The notes below the pieces were generated by a model. It saw nothing but the letters and a program-made list of their open reading frames with translations. It was not told where the DNA came from and did no database searches. A stretch of 64,000 bases of DNA from Isurus oxyrinchus (taxonomy: Eukaryota). Shown here piece by piece: positions 62,081 through 64,000 of this stretch. The stretch spans positions 248,001 through 312,000 of the forward strand of contig JANJGN010000151.1 of NCBI GenBank assembly GCA_026770705.1, read 5' to 3'. Position 1 is the first letter of the stretch. Every line of letters begins with the position of its first letter. Both the position numbers and the translations under genes were made by a program.

Positions 62081-62950
62081 ATGGAAGGAGAAAGCACCAT
62101 TCACAGCAGTGAGAAACCGCACACGTGTCCTGTGTGTGGACGAAGCTTCAGCCGATCATCTGGCCTGTCGAAACACAAGTGCAGTCATGCAGGGGAGAAA
62201 CCATGGAAATGTGGAGACTGTGGGAAGGGATTCAGATCCCCTTCTGAGTTGGATACTCATCAACGCACTCACACTGGGGAGAAGCCGTTCATCTGCTCCA
62301 TATGTGGGAAAGGATTCATTTGGTCAGCAAACTTGCTGACACACCAGCGCGTTCACACTGGGGAGAGACCATTCACCTGCTCTGAGTGTGGGAAGGGATT
62401 CACTCATTTATCGTCCCTGCTGAGACACCAGCGAGTTCACACTGGAGAGAGGCCATTCATCTGCTCTGCATGTGGGAAAGGATTCACTGATTCATCCAAC
62501 CTGCTGAAACATCAGCGAGTTCACACAGGAGAGAGGCCATTCACCTGCTCTGCATGTGGGATAGGATTCACTGATGCATCCAACCTGTTGAGACACCAGC
62601 GAGTTCACACTGACAAGAGACCTTTTAAATGCCCAGACTGTGGGAAGTGCTTTAAAAGTTCTGGGGATCTGATGTCCCATCAGCGTGTTCACACTGATGA
62701 GAGACCTTTTAATTGTCCAGAATGTGGGAAATGCTACAAAAGGTTCTGGGAACTAATGTTTCATCAACGTGTTCACACTGACGAGAGACCGTTCAGGTGC
62801 TCTCACTGTGGGACTGGGTTCAGGCGATCATCTGAACTCACTGTACACCAGCGAGTTCACACTGGGGAGAGACCATTCACCTGCTCCGAGTGTGGGAAGA
62901 GATTCACTCGGACATCCATCCTGATGAGACACCAGCAAGTTCACAAGTAA
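62081..62950 (+). CDS. C2H2 zinc-finger protein, 10 tandem fingers, no effector domain visible
   Basis: Intact ORF with 10 CxxC-x12-HxxxH units and HTGE(K/R)PF linkers; exon acceptor TTTTGACAG at 61963-61971; first ATG at 62081. Confidence 0.93.
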   Translation: MEGESTIHSSEKPHTCPVCGRSFSRSSGLSKHKCSHAGEKPWKCGDCGKGFRSPSELDTHQRTHTGEKPFICSICGKGFIWSANLLTHQRVHTGERPFTCSECGKGFTHLSSLLRHQRVHTGERPFICSACGKGFTDSSNLLKHQRVHTGERPFTCSACGIGFTDASNLLRHQRVHTDKRPFKCPDCGKCFKSSGDLMSHQRVHTDERPFNCPECGKCYKRFWELMFHQRVHTDERPFRCSHCGTGFRRSSELTVHQRVHTGERPFTCSECGKRFTRTSILMRHQQVHK

Positions 62951-63139
62951 CTACAGTGATTGGATTTAGCTGTTAATCACATTCAGGACTGAACCATGTT
63001 CTTTGGGGTCTGTTTCTGCTGATATTAGTAAACTCCAAACCAGTTGTAGGTTTTAGTATTGTTGAAATTTAAAAAAGATTAGTTTTGTGTAAAGTACACA
63101 GTGAGGCGAATCTTTTTAATCTCTCTAACTCACCAAGTT

Positions 63140-64000
63140 CCTTTTGAAGGGCTGTCCCTCTCCTCTCTCTTCTCCATACTCACCCCAACAAGTGTGAGGA
63201 GCTCATGGAGCTTCCTTGTCACTAAGATTGAGACAATCCCATCTGCTGACTCTGCTGCTTCCCTCCCTTCCACTGGTCCATTGGGCAAAACTGTCTTTAA
63301 AGCTCTTCCTTGTCCAAGTCCTGAACTCGCATCTTTCCCCAGTTTCTCTTCTATCTCTCCCTCATTCCCTTCAGTGCTCATCTTATCCATGAGACCCACT
63401 TTCTGCTCTACTGACCCTATTCCCACTAAGCTGCTGACATTCAACTCTCGCTCTCTCCTGGTACTATCCCTCTATCTTTTAATCCACCATCATCACCCAT
63501 TCCATAAAAAAAAATCTTTAACCCCATCTCCAAACTCCCTTTCCTTTCCAATGTCCTTGTCCTTGGTGTCCCCCAAGGATCTATCCTTGGCCCCTCCTAT
63601 TTCTCATCTACCTGCTGCCACTATGTGACACCATCCAAAAGCACCGTGTTAGTTTTCACATGTACACTGACAACGCCCAGGTCTACCTCACCACCATCTC
63701 TCTCCATTCCTCCACTGTTACTAAATTATCAAACTGCTTATCCCACATCCAGTACTGAAATGAGCAGAAATTTCCTACAGTTAACAATTTGGAAGACCAA
63801 AGCCATTGTCTTCAGTCACCACAATAAATTCTGTTCCCTAACTGCCAAGTCCATCCCTCTCCCTGGGAACTGTCTGAGGCTGAACCACACTCTTCACAAT
63901 CTTGATGTCATATTTGACCCCAAGATGAGATTCTGACCACATACCCACACCATCACGAATACCAGATATTTCAATCTCCATAACGTCACTTGTCTCCCCC
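63140..64000 (+). mobile_element. L2-like LINE relic running off the window
   Basis: [16 protein letters not shown]-like sequence and MSRNFLQLTIWKTKAIVF motif. Confidence 0.8.

Overview
Eukaryotic (cartilaginous fish, shark-like) genomic DNA, not prokaryotic. The core is one complete, apparently intact, unrearranged IgM heavy-chain minilocus on the + strand. Its order is leader, VH (23-RSS), D1 (12/22), D2 (12/12), JH (23), an 11.8-kb intron, Cmu1-4 with secretory tail, then TM1 and TM2 (23082-42948). Upstream (about 1-21 kb) is an old 27-bp satellite domain with 54-bp and ~100-108-bp higher-order derivatives, interrupted by CR1, RTE and Penelope-like elements and SINEs. Downstream are several decayed tRNA genes, a C2H2 zinc-finger pseudogene and an intact 10-finger C2H2 gene arranged head-to-head with inverted paralogous promoters. 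Most interesting: a 1.8-kb G-rich, RGYW-containing, switch-region-like array in the J-C intron, followed by a nested hairpin and a 280-bp inverted duplication; and repeated minimal hammerhead-ribozyme-like motifs in Penelope terminal repeats. All calls are by eye; repeat boundaries are approximate and no searches were run.
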